From: an uncultured Lachnospiraceae bacterium
GTDB lineage: Bacteria > Bacillota > Clostridia > Lachnospirales > Lachnospiraceae
Direction of reading: 5' to 3'
Assembly: GCA_946547315.1 (NCBI GenBank)
Contig: CAMNOY010000002.1
Span: 13,878-77,877 of the forward strand
DNA length: 64,000 nt
Shown here: positions 1-9,453 of the stretch, one piece after another
Position numbering within the stretch: position 1 is the stretch's first letter
Layout of the letters: every line of letters begins with the position of its first letter
Program-made: the position numbers and the translations under genes
Notes under the pieces: generated by a model
Told to the model about the DNA's origin: nothing
The model's database searches: none
The model's input: only the letters and a program-made list of their open reading frames with translations

Positions 1-113
1 CAACCTCCCAAGGCTCTCGTATTTGACGAAAACCACCTCTGGTCACCTCCGTAACTGATCTTTCTGTCAGGACCCTGTATCTGCAGTTGTCTTGCACGCG
101 GTATGTTCATACA

Positions 114-2579
114 TTATTTCTTGACTGTTACCTTATCAAGATGCCATATATCATCAACGTATTCCTGGATGGTTCTGTCTGATGAAAACTTGCCGGAACT
201 TGCAACATTTAGAATTGCCATCTTGTTCCATTTTTTGGTATCCTTGTAGGCTTCCTGTATCTTCTTCTGAGTCTCAGCATAGGAGTCAAAATCCTTCAGT
301 ATGAAATATGTGTCAGCCTTTGCGGTGCACTGTGTATTAAGCAGGGAATTGTACAAATCCCTGAACAGTTCCGGATCTTCAGGACAATATGTACCGTTTA
401 CAAGCTGCATAAGAACCTTGCGGACGTTTGCATTGTTGTTGAATATCTCGTTCGGATCATATCCACCGTTTTGCTCATAGTTTATAACCTCATCAGAGGA
501 CAGTCCGAATATGAATATATTGTCTTCTCCGACTTCTTCATACATCTCAACGTTTGCGCCGTCCATTGTTCCGATCGTAACAGCTCCGTTAAGCATGAAT
601 TTCATGTTACCTGTTCCGGAAGCTTCCTTGGACGCAGTCGATATCTGCTCTGAAACATCTGCTGCCGCTACAATAAGCTCTGCATTTGATACGCAGTAGT
701 CTTCTATGAATACAACCTTTATCTTGCCTCCAATAGATCCGTCGTTATTGATGACATCCGCAACGGAATTGATGAGTTTTATCGTAAGCTTTGCATTCTT
801 GTAGCCCGCTGCTGCCTTTGCGCCGAATATGAACGTGCGCGGTACGAAATCCATATCGGGATGTTCCTTAAGTTCATTGTACAGGTACATGATGTGCAGA
901 ATATTTAAAAGCTGACGCTTGTACTCATGCAGACGCTTTACCTGAACGTCGAATATCGATCTCGGATCAACCTCAATACCGTTATGCTCAAGAATATATT
1001 TTGCAAGTCTTACCTTATTCTGATATTTGATATTCATGAACTCATGCTGAGCCTTTTTGTCATCCGCATATACTTTGAGATGGCGAAGAACGGTAAGATC
1101 CGTAATCCATTCATCCCCCACATGGGCAGTTACCCAGTCCGCAAGAAGGGGGTTGGCATGCAGCAGGAATCTTCTCTGTGTTATACCGTTTGTCTTGTTG
1201 TTGAACTTGTCGGGCATAAGTTCATAGAAATCACGCAGTTCCTGCTTCTTGAGGATTTCTGTGTGAAGCCTTGCAACACCGTTAACTGAATATGATGCGC
1301 AGATTGCCATATGCGCCATCTTGACCTGTCCGTCATAGATTATGGCCATCTTACGGATCTTCTCGGTATTGCCGGGATAAGACGCCTCAATAAGAAGGCA
1401 GAATCTTCTGTTGATCTCTTCAACTATCTGGTAAATTCTCGGAAGAAGATTTGAGAACAGTTCAATCGGCCACTTCTCAAGTGCTTCTGACATGATCGTA
1501 TGGTTGGTGTATGCAACCGTCTTGGTTGTGATAGACCACGCCTCTTCCCAGCCGAGTCCGTGTTCATCCATGAGGATACGCATAAGTTCCGGAACCGTGA
1601 GAGTAGGGTGTGTATCGTTCATCTGGAACGTAACCTTCTCATACAGCTTATGGATGTCATCATGCTTACGCATATATTTGTCAACAGCTTCCTGTATGCT
1701 TGCCGATACAAAGAAATACTGCTGTTTTAATCTAAGTTCCTTACCTGCATAGTGATTATCGTTAGGATACAAAACCTCACATATGTTTCTCGCAAGATTT
1801 TCCTGCTCAACAGCCAGACGGTAATCACCCTTATCAAATGAGTCGAGCTGGAAACACTCAACAGGCTGGGCATCCCATATCCTGAGAGTATTTACAACGC
1901 CGTTTCCGTAGCCGGGTATCGGAAGATCGTATGGAATGGCCTGTACTGACTGGTAATTTTCCTGGGTGAAATGATTTTCTCCCTTCTCGTCAACGTGTAC
2001 GGCTACATTTCCGCCAAACTTAACGATCTTGGCATATTCCGGACGACGAAGTTCAAACGGATATCCGTCCTTAAGCCAGTTATCGGGAACCTCAACCTGG
2101 AATCCGTCTCTGATCTGCTGACGGAACATTCCGTAACGATAGCGGATTCCGCATCCGTATGCACTGTATCCCAGGGTTGCGAGGGAATCAAGGAAACAGG
2201 CAGCAAGTCGTCCCAGACCGCCGTTTCCAAGTGCCGGATCTCTTTCCTCATCCTCTACAAGGTTGATATTAATACCCATTTCATCAAGTGCTTCCGCTAC
2301 TTCCTTGTATTCTCTCAGGTTGATCATCGCATTTCCGAGTGCTCTTCCCATAAGAAATTCCATCGAGAGATAATATACGGTTTTGGGATCCTGCTTCTCA
2401 TACGCCTTCTGGGTCTCGAGCCAGTTGTCGATTATCGTATCTTTAACTGCATATGCAACAGCCTGATATATCTGCTGCTCGTTTGCCTCTTCAAGAGTCT
2501 TCCTGAAAAGCGCCTTAACGTTTTCCTTGACCTGCTTCTTAAAAGTTTCCTTGTTAAAACCAACCTTGCGTGCTGCCAT
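114..2579 (-). CDS. glgP: alpha-glucan (glycogen/maltodextrin) phosphorylase
   Basis: Full-length ORF of about 821 aa from the phosphorylase family (EASGTGNMKFMLNGA PLP region). The ATG at 2579 is preceded by GGAGG; the track start at 2582 is an upstream TTG. Confidence 0.95.
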   Translation of the reverse strand: MAARKVGFNKETFKKQVKENVKALFRKTLEEANEQQIYQAVAYAVKDTIIDNWLETQKAYEKQDPKTVYYLSMEFLMGRALGNAMINLREYKEVAEALDEMGININLVEDEERDPALGNGGLGRLAACFLDSLATLGYSAYGCGIRYRYGMFRQQIRDGFQVEVPDNWLKDGYPFELRRPEYAKIVKFGGNVAVHVDEKGENHFTQENYQSVQAIPYDLPIPGYGNGVVNTLRIWDAQPVECFQLDSFDKGDYRLAVEQENLARNICEVLYPNDNHYAGKELRLKQQYFFVSASIQEAVDKYMRKHDDIHKLYEKVTFQMNDTHPTLTVPELMRILMDEHGLGWEEAWSITTKTVAYTNHTIMSEALEKWPIELFSNLLPRIYQIVEEINRRFCLLIEASYPGNTEKIRKMAIIYDGQVKMAHMAICASYSVNGVARLHTEILKKQELRDFYELMPDKFNNKTNGITQRRFLLHANPLLADWVTAHVGDEWITDLTVLRHLKVYADDKKAQHEFMNIKYQNKVRLAKYILEHNGIEVDPRSIFDVQVKRLHEYKRQLLNILHIMYLYNELKEHPDMDFVPRTFIFGAKAAAGYKNAKLTIKLINSVADVINNDGSIGGKIKVVFIEDYCVSNAELIVAAADVSEQISTASKEASGTGNMKFMLNGAVTIGTMDGANVEMYEEVGEDNIFIFGLSSDEVINYEQNGGYDPNEIFNNNANVRKVLMQLVNGTYCPEDPELFRDLYNSLLNTQCTAKADTYFILKDFDSYAETQKKIQEAYKDTKKWNKMAILNVASSGKFSSDRTIQEYVDDIWHLDKVTVKK

Positions 2580-2609
2580 CAAACAACCTCCTGACTATTA
2601 TTTCTTTTA

Positions 2610-5600
2610 CTATTGTTTCTTAACCCCGAGAGTAACCGTCTCGCCGTTTATGTTCCATTCTTTAACATATCCGTCAGCTTCACCGGTCACTATATCGTCA
2701 GCCAGTACTTCATGGGATATTTCCTCTTTATTGGAAGATAGGACTTTTGCTATCTTCTCGTTATCCTTGGAGTAGACAACTATTCTGTCCATAACTTCGA
2801 ATCCGGCTTCCTTACGCATAGTCTGAACTTTTGATACGATCTCGCGGACAAAGCCTTCTTCTATAAGTTCAGGTGTAAGCTTTGTATCAATGACTACAGT
2901 GACTCCGCCGTCGGTAAGGGATTCAAAGCCTTCCTGCTGGGTCATTTCGATAAGAAGATCTTCCTCGGCAAGTTCCACTGCCGTACCGTCGACATCAAAC
3001 TTTAACACACCCGTAGACCTGAGTTCGCCCATAGCGGCATTTCCGTCAATATTTTCAAGATAACTCCTGATGCCGGAAAGCTGCTTGCCATATTTGGGTC
3101 CTACAGTACGAAGCTGGGGCTTCATCGAGTATGTGGTAAACTCACTGACATCATCCGTAAACACAACTTCCTTTACATTCAGCTCATCCTCTATGATGTC
3201 CTGATAGAATTCATTAAGTGTAAAGTCTGCTTTGACGAACATCTTGGCAACAGGCTGCCTGTTCTTGATATTTGCAGCATTTCTGCAGGCTCTTCCCATT
3301 ACCACGCTCTTAAGAACATGGTCCATGTTCGCCTCAAGATCCTTATCGATCCATTCTTCCTTAACAGACGGAAAATCACACAGATGCACACTTTCAGGTG
3401 CGCTAGGGTCTATCGAACATACGAGATTACGGTATATCTGCTCTGTCATGAAAGGTATCATGGGAGCCGCTGCCTTTGAGACTTCGACAAGTGCCGTATA
3501 TAACGTCATATATGCGTTGATCTTATCCTGCTCCATGCCCTTTGCCCAGAAACGATCACGGCATCTTCTTACATACCAGTTGGACAGGTCGTCCACAAAA
3601 TCCTGAAGAGCTCTTGCAGCTTCGGGAATCTGGTACTTGTCAAGGCACGAATCAACACTTCCTATCGTAGAATAAAGCTTACTCAGTATCCACTTATCCA
3701 TAACTGGAAGCTTGTCGTATTCAAGTTTGTATTTTGTAGCATCAAAATTATCTATATTTGCATACAGAACAAAAAATGCATATGTATTCCAGAGTGTTCC
3801 CATGAACTTTCTCTGGCCTTCCATGACAGCTTTGTCATGGAATCTGTTTGGAAGCCACGGTGCCGAATTGATATAGAAATACCAGCGGATAGCGTCTGCT
3901 CCCATTGACCGGAGCGCCTCAAACGGATCGACGGCATTGCCCTTCGACTTGCTCATCTTCTCTCCGTTTTCATCCAGCACCAGACCTAATACTATAACGT
4001 TCTCATAAGGTGCTTTATTGAACAGGAGCGTACTCTCCGCAAGAAGCGAATAGAACCATCCTCTTGTCTGATCTACTGCCTCGGAAATAAACTGGGCCGG
4101 AAATCTCGACTCGAATACCTCTTTGTTCTCAAACGGATAATGATACTGCGCAAAAGGCATAGCGCCCGAATCGAACCAGCAGTCTATAACTTCCGGTACA
4201 CGGCGCATCTGTTTGCCGCATTTAGGACACGTAATCGTAAAATCATCAATATAAGGTCTGTGAAGCTCCACGGTAAGTGCATCCTCACGACCGGACAAAT
4301 CACGAAGTTCCTGCCTGCTTCCTACTGCATGACGGTTCCCGCATTCGCATTCCCAGACGTTAAGGGGGGTTCCCCAATACCTGTTACGCGAAACAGCCCA
4401 GTCCTGAATATTCTCCAGCCAGTTTCCGAAACGCCCTGTTCCGATGGATTCAGGAATCCAATTGATGGTGTTGTTATTTCTGATAAGGTCATCCCTGACC
4501 TTGGTCATTTCTATATACCATGATTCCCTTGCATAGTAGATAAGCGGAGTCGAACATCTCCAACAATGGGGATAGTCATGTTCTACCTTCGGGGCACTAA
4601 AGAGTATTCCCCTTGCATCAAGTTCCTTGAGAACCTCGGGATCTGCGCTTATTGCACCCTCGTCTATCTCCTTCTGTGTTGGCTTGGCGCGCATGCCCCC
4701 GAACGGTGTCTCCGGTTTCATAACACCCTTTTCATCAACCATCTGCACAAAAGGCGCATCATATTTTCTTCCGACTCTGGCATCGTCTTCACCGAACGCA
4801 GGAGCGATATGAACTATTCCGGTACCGTCTGCCATCGTTACATAATCATCACAGTATACAAAGAACGCTTTCTTGTTCTGTGCTGCGGCACAATCCGCGG
4901 CACATTTGTAAAGCGGCTCATATTCCTTGTATTCAAGATCGCTTCCCTTATAAGTTTCCAGAACTTCATAGGCAGGAGTCCCCTCTGCCCTTTCAATTCC
5001 CGACAGAACCGAATCGGCAAGAGCCTCGGCAAGAATATAAGTATATCCATCCGCAGCCTTAACCTTAACATATGCATCGTTCGGATTGACACAAAGTCCG
5101 ATATTACTTGCAAGCGTCCAGGGTGTTGTTGTCCACGCAAGGAAATATGCATCTTCGTCCTTGATCTTAAACCTTACAATTGCTGTTCTTTCTTTTAAGG
5201 TTTTATATCCTTGTGCAACCTCGTGAGAAGACAGCGGTGTACCACATCTGGGACAATAGGGAACTATCTTGAATCCTTTGTATAACAGTCCCTTGTCCCA
5301 TATTGTCTTAAGCGCCCACCACTCGGATTCTATAAAATCGTCATGGTATGTTACATAAGGATCATTCATGTCGGCCCAAAATCCTACCGTTTTAGAAAAA
5401 TCCTCCCACATACCCTTGTATTTCCAGACACTTTCCTTACACTTGTCAATAAATGGGGCGAGACCATACTCTTCTATCTGTTCCTTGCCGTCAAGACCAA
5501 GGAGTTTTTCAACCTCGAGTTCCACCGGAAGACCGTGAGTATCCCATCCCGCCTTACGCGGAACATAATACCCCTTCATTGTACGGTATCTGGGTATCAT

Positions 5601-5798
5601 ATCTTTGATAACACGGGTAAGAACATGTCCGATATGAGGCTTACCGTTTGCAGTCGGCGGTCCGTCATAGAACATGTAAGTATCGCTGCCCTCGCGATTT
5701 TTCATACTCTTTTCAAATATATTGTTATCGGACCAGAACTTTTCGACTTCTTTCTCTCTGTCGACAAACTTAAGATCCGTTGATACCTTGTTATACAT
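2610..5798 (-). CDS. ileS: isoleucine--tRNA ligase (long form, 1062 aa)
   Basis: Class I aaRS HIGH (PHIGHVLT) and KMSKS motifs with IleRS-type architecture. ATG with a GGAGA RBS. Confidence 0.95.
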   Translation of the reverse strand: MYNKVSTDLKFVDREKEVEKFWSDNNIFEKSMKNREGSDTYMFYDGPPTANGKPHIGHVLTRVIKDMIPRYRTMKGYYVPRKAGWDTHGLPVELEVEKLLGLDGKEQIEEYGLAPFIDKCKESVWKYKGMWEDFSKTVGFWADMNDPYVTYHDDFIESEWWALKTIWDKGLLYKGFKIVPYCPRCGTPLSSHEVAQGYKTLKERTAIVRFKIKDEDAYFLAWTTTPWTLASNIGLCVNPNDAYVKVKAADGYTYILAEALADSVLSGIERAEGTPAYEVLETYKGSDLEYKEYEPLYKCAADCAAAQNKKAFFVYCDDYVTMADGTGIVHIAPAFGEDDARVGRKYDAPFVQMVDEKGVMKPETPFGGMRAKPTQKEIDEGAISADPEVLKELDARGILFSAPKVEHDYPHCWRCSTPLIYYARESWYIEMTKVRDDLIRNNNTINWIPESIGTGRFGNWLENIQDWAVSRNRYWGTPLNVWECECGNRHAVGSRQELRDLSGREDALTVELHRPYIDDFTITCPKCGKQMRRVPEVIDCWFDSGAMPFAQYHYPFENKEVFESRFPAQFISEAVDQTRGWFYSLLAESTLLFNKAPYENVIVLGLVLDENGEKMSKSKGNAVDPFEALRSMGADAIRWYFYINSAPWLPNRFHDKAVMEGQRKFMGTLWNTYAFFVLYANIDNFDATKYKLEYDKLPVMDKWILSKLYSTIGSVDSCLDKYQIPEAARALQDFVDDLSNWYVRRCRDRFWAKGMEQDKINAYMTLYTALVEVSKAAAPMIPFMTEQIYRNLVCSIDPSAPESVHLCDFPSVKEEWIDKDLEANMDHVLKSVVMGRACRNAANIKNRQPVAKMFVKADFTLNEFYQDIIEDELNVKEVVFTDDVSEFTTYSMKPQLRTVGPKYGKQLSGIRSYLENIDGNAAMGELRSTGVLKFDVDGTAVELAEEDLLIEMTQQEGFESLTDGGVTVVIDTKLTPELIEEGFVREIVSKVQTMRKEAGFEVMDRIVVYSKDNEKIAKVLSSNKEEISHEVLADDIVTGEADGYVKEWNINGETVTLGVKKQ

Positions 5799-5819
5799 TA
5801 TTTGTCTCCTGTTTCTTAA

Positions 5820-6386
5820 TTAATTATTATCTTCTGTATTATTCCCGGCTTCTTCAGTATCCTTGCCGGCCTCTTTCAACTCCGTCTGTGAACATGCCTG
5901 TGGGAAGAGTTTATCCTTGTAATCATCAAGTCCGAGCATCACCGCAATGCCCAATACTCCGCAGGAAATAATCTCTCCTACCCCCACAAGGGCAACGCTT
6001 GCCCAGAATGTATGATCATCAAGTCTTAACAGAACATTATATATGAAAGGGATCGTAAATGCGGTTATTATGATCGGAGGGAAAGGGACCGCAAATTTGT
6101 ATTTGCGCAAAAGATAACTTATCACAGCAGCCACCAATGTAGCGCCGCTCCCTATCAGAACGTCATACATGGGGTTTCCCATTGTATAATTTGCCGCCAG
6201 ACATCCTATAAACAGTCCGGGAATAGCGGCAGGCGTAAAATACGGCAATACAGTAAGCGCCTCAGATATCCTGACCTGTATTATTCCGTTTGCCATTCCG
6301 AACATATTGGCAATATGAGTAAGTATCACATACAGAACCGCTATAACTATTGTCTGTATTACAAACGCGGTTTTACCTTTATACAT
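5820..6386 (-). CDS. queT: QueT family queuosine-precursor transporter (membrane S-component-like)
   Basis: 188 aa and polytopic. The QVRISEALTVLPYF...GLFIGC...GSGATLVAA pattern matches my memory of the QueT family. GGTGA RBS. Confidence 0.7.
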   Translation of the reverse strand: MYKGKTAFVIQTIVIAVLYVILTHIANMFGMANGIIQVRISEALTVLPYFTPAAIPGLFIGCLAANYTMGNPMYDVLIGSGATLVAAVISYLLRKYKFAVPFPPIIITAFTIPFIYNVLLRLDDHTFWASVALVGVGEIISCGVLGIAVMLGLDDYKDKLFPQACSQTELKEAGKDTEEAGNNTEDNN

Positions 6387-6396
6387 AGTTTATCAC

Positions 6397-7419
6397 CTAC
6401 TGTTTATATCTGCTGCTGTAGCATACCCTGTCGGACACTTGTATGCCGGCAAGTTTTCCTATTATATGAGTGGTATTTGACATCTTGCCGCCTACAACTA
6501 CCGGCTCATAAACAATTCCTTTTGTAGCATCATGATTGCTGTATATCGATATACTTATGACCCCGCCGTTTGTTACGGCTGAAATATATAGCGGATATTC
6601 ATAAGGATTGATAAATTTATAATCAAGACTGCTTCCCGATATAGTTGCATCGAGTCCCGATGCGATATAGCTGGACCGGTGACTGTGGTTGTGACGTTCA
6701 GCAGGAACAACTCCGGCGCGGAGCATGGCAAGGTTGAGCGTTGAACTAACCTGGCAGATTCCTCCACCCACACCCTTTACATATGTATCCCCGGAGATAA
6801 CATTTCCGAGTCCGTAACCGTTTGCGGTCGTTCTCGGACCAAAAGCCATAGTGCATGAAAACATCTGCCCCGGGAGAATAATCATCCCGTTTATCTTGGA
6901 GGCCGCATTTCTGATGTTCTGCGCCCTGTCTTCATTTGCCCTGAATCTGGTCGATGCCTCCGAAAGCATACAGTCAATTCCGAGAGATGACATACTCGGA
7001 TTTACCGCAGATACTGCTGTGGCTGTCGCAGATGCTGAAGGGGTCGCCGCAGATGCTGAAGGGGTTGCCGCAACTTCACCTTCTTTGTATTTTGTGAGAT
7101 CTATATTAATCCCCGTTTTTCCTGCAATAATAGCCGCCTTAACAGTGTTTACGACTGCAGATTTATCTACCCTGACTTCACCGTTTGTCTGAAAGGTCAG
7201 GTTGTTAAGCAGTCCTTCGATATCACGAAGTGAATCCGTATTCTCACCCGCCTTGATCCGGTCTGTCTCAACCCCGTATATCTGCTTTGTATAGGTCTTG
7301 TCCTGATAAGTCATAACAACGCTTGTTACCGAATCAGCAAGAACCTGATATGGAGCAAAAATCGTCAAAAAGGTCAGGACAGTGAGCACAGTAACCAAAT
7401 ACCCTGATATTTTTTTCAT
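6397..7419 (-). CDS. VanW family protein with N-terminal membrane anchor/signal
   Basis: 340 aa. The C-terminal half is typical VanW (GGGICQVSSTL...). ATG with a GGAGA RBS. Confidence 0.8.
   Translation of the reverse strand: MKKISGYLVTVLTVLTFLTIFAPYQVLADSVTSVVMTYQDKTYTKQIYGVETDRIKAGENTDSLRDIEGLLNNLTFQTNGEVRVDKSAVVNTVKAAIIAGKTGINIDLTKYKEGEVAATPSASAATPSASATATAVSAVNPSMSSLGIDCMLSEASTRFRANEDRAQNIRNAASKINGMIILPGQMFSCTMAFGPRTTANGYGLGNVISGDTYVKGVGGGICQVSSTLNLAMLRAGVVPAERHNHSHRSSYIASGLDATISGSSLDYKFINPYEYPLYISAVTNGGVISISIYSNHDATKGIVYEPVVVGGKMSNTTHIIGKLAGIQVSDRVCYSSRYKQ
7028..7069 (-). repeat. 2 x 21-bp in-frame tandem repeat inside vanW-like gene (ATPSASA x2)
   Basis: gcagatgctgaaggggtcgcc is followed directly by gcagatgctgaaggggttgcc, with one mismatch. 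Confidence 0.9.
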
Positions 7420-7457
7420 AATAATCTCCTTGAATTATCTACAGCACACTATGAGTT

Positions 7458-7486
7458 AGTATATCACGCAAAATACGATAGGGCAA
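7458..7486 (-). promoter_or_regulatory. candidate sigma-A promoter for vanW-queT-ileS
   Basis: Minus strand reads TTGCCC-17 nt-TATACT, about 40 nt upstream of the vanW RBS. Confidence 0.4.
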
Positions 7487-7581
7487 GCATTCGGAGCATT
7501 GAAAAGGCTCTTTAAATAAGAAAAGATTTGTTGTAAAATGAAGTGGGTCGGAGCATACCGATCTTGATAAGGAGATTTAAC

Positions 7582-8298
7582 ATGGCAGACAGATTATTTA
7601 TTATAATTCCGGCATATAATGAACAGGACAATATCAGACAGGTTATTGAGGACTGGTATCCTATTGTAGAAAAATACGGCACTGACTCACGTCTTGTTGT
7701 CATTGATGACGGAAGCCGTGACAATACATATGAGATAATTAAAGACCTTAGTCATGACAGACCAAAGCTTACAGCTCTTACCAAGCCTAACGGGGGACAT
7801 GGGGCAACGGTTCTGTACGGATATAAATATGCTCTCGATAACGGAGCCGATTATGTATTTCAGACAGATTCCGACGGTCAGACCCTTCCTTCCGAGTTTG
7901 AGCCGTTCTGGATAGCCCGTAGCAAATATGACATTACTATCGGGTACAGGAACAAAAGAAGAGACGGACTTATGAGGGTATTTGTTACAAAAGTTCTCCG
8001 TCTTGTGGTATATCTGTGCTTCAGGGTTTACATTCTTGATGCAAATACTCCTTACAGACTTATGAGTGCCGGTACACTCCGGGATAATCTCAAATATATA
8101 CCGGATGATTATTTCCTTACAAATGTTGCACTTACAGCAATCTACAAGAAAAAGAGGCAGAAGGTACACTTTATTCCGATATCATTCAGACCCAGGCAGG
8201 GAGGTAAGAATTCCATCAATCTTATCAAGATAATAAAAGTCGGATTCGAATCCATCAGAAGTTTTATTGTTATTAACGACAAAGTGGGCAGCAACTGA
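7582..8298 (+). CDS. family 2 glycosyltransferase (DPM1/GtrB-like, no C-terminal TM segments)
   Basis: IIIPAYNEQDNI...VIDDGSRDNT GT-A signature. The ATG at 7582 has an AAGGAG RBS; the track start at 7543 is upstream and unsupported. Confidence 0.85.
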   Translation: MADRLFIIIPAYNEQDNIRQVIEDWYPIVEKYGTDSRLVVIDDGSRDNTYEIIKDLSHDRPKLTALTKPNGGHGATVLYGYKYALDNGADYVFQTDSDGQTLPSEFEPFWIARSKYDITIGYRNKRRDGLMRVFVTKVLRLVVYLCFRVYILDANTPYRLMSAGTLRDNLKYIPDDYFLTNVALTAIYKKKRQKVHFIPISFRPRQGGKNSINLIKIIKVGFESIRSFIVINDKVGSN

Positions 8299-8313
8299 CT
8301 GCCCACCTTTTTA
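8284..8313. terminator. bidirectional intrinsic terminator between convergent GT2 and aminopeptidase genes
   Basis: GTGGGCAG-caactga-CTGCCAC(C) stem with a T-run on the plus side and an A-run on the other side. Confidence 0.6.
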
Positions 8314-9429
8314 TTACATCAGATTTTCGGGGTTCAGACATTCCAGCTCCGGAATCACAAATCTGCCATCCTTTCTGATCAGAACATCATCAAACCAAAT
8401 CTCTCCTCCACCGTATTCCGGCGTCATAATAAGTACAAGATCCCAGTGGATTGCCGATTTGTTTCCGTTAGGTGCATCATCGTAACACATACCCGGCGTA
8501 AAATGAATGCTTCCGCTTATCTTTTCGTCAAACAGTATTTCCTTCATTGGCTTCGTAATATACGGATTGATACCGATGGCAAACTCACCGACATATCTTG
8601 CACCTTTATCGGTGTCAAATACACGGTTAATTCTTTCATCATCATTAGCTGTAGCCTTAACAATCTTTCCGTTTTCAAAAGTAAGACTTACACCTTCATA
8701 AGTGAATCCTTCGTATCTTGAAGGTGCATTATATGTTATCACACCGTTTACGGAGTCTTTGACCGGAGCCGTGTAAACCTCCCCATCCGGAATATTCATA
8801 TGACCGTCACATGCAATTGCCGGAATTCCCTTAATTGAAAACGAAAGATCAGTTCCCTTTGCCACAAGCCTTACTTTATCTGTTTTATTCATGAGATCGA
8901 CAAGATTCAGCATGGCTGTTCCCATTTTTTTGTAATCAAGATTACATACGTTGTAATAGAAATCTTCAAACTGCTCAAAACTCGAATCCATAAGCTGCGC
9001 CATGGCATCGGTCGGATATCTTAGTACAACCCATCGCGTCTTCGGCACCCTGATCCCATGATGAACAGGTGATGAATACAGGCGATTATACAATGATAGT
9101 TTCTCTGCAGGAACATCAGAAAGCTCCGATGCATTATCAGCAGCTCTTACTCCTATGAAACAATCCATCTGAGACATCATTGCACTGTCCGTCTCACACA
9201 TTATTCGAAGCTGCTCATCATTGCAGTCCATAAGCAATTCCCTATGAACACGCTGGCTTTCAAAATGCGGAAAAGGCATCCCTCCCGCAGCATATACCTC
9301 CTTAACTAGTGCTCTTGCGAGATCCTCTGTATCATCTCCGATATAATTGATCCAGACTTTATCGCCTTTTTGCACTCTTACAGAATAATTGACAAGATTG
9401 TACGCCAATTTATGCAGTCTCTGATCCAT
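8314..9429 (-). CDS. M29 family aminopeptidase (AmpS/PepS-like)
   Basis: 371 aa with thermophilic-metalloprotease-family-like sequence (...GSIHFTPGMCYDD...HWDLVL). ATG with a GGAGA RBS. Confidence 0.8.
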   Translation of the reverse strand: MDQRLHKLAYNLVNYSVRVQKGDKVWINYIGDDTEDLARALVKEVYAAGGMPFPHFESQRVHRELLMDCNDEQLRIMCETDSAMMSQMDCFIGVRAADNASELSDVPAEKLSLYNRLYSSPVHHGIRVPKTRWVVLRYPTDAMAQLMDSSFEQFEDFYYNVCNLDYKKMGTAMLNLVDLMNKTDKVRLVAKGTDLSFSIKGIPAIACDGHMNIPDGEVYTAPVKDSVNGVITYNAPSRYEGFTYEGVSLTFENGKIVKATANDDERINRVFDTDKGARYVGEFAIGINPYITKPMKEILFDEKISGSIHFTPGMCYDDAPNGNKSAIHWDLVLIMTPEYGGGEIWFDDVLIRKDGRFVIPELECLNPENLM

Positions 9430-9453
9430 TTTGTCTCCTTTTTTGTTTGTGTT

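Noticed and set aside
6387-6480. A preQ1 riboswitch upstream of queT.
   Set aside because: There is no P1 helix plus A-rich tail pattern, and the region is coding sequence of the vanW-like gene.
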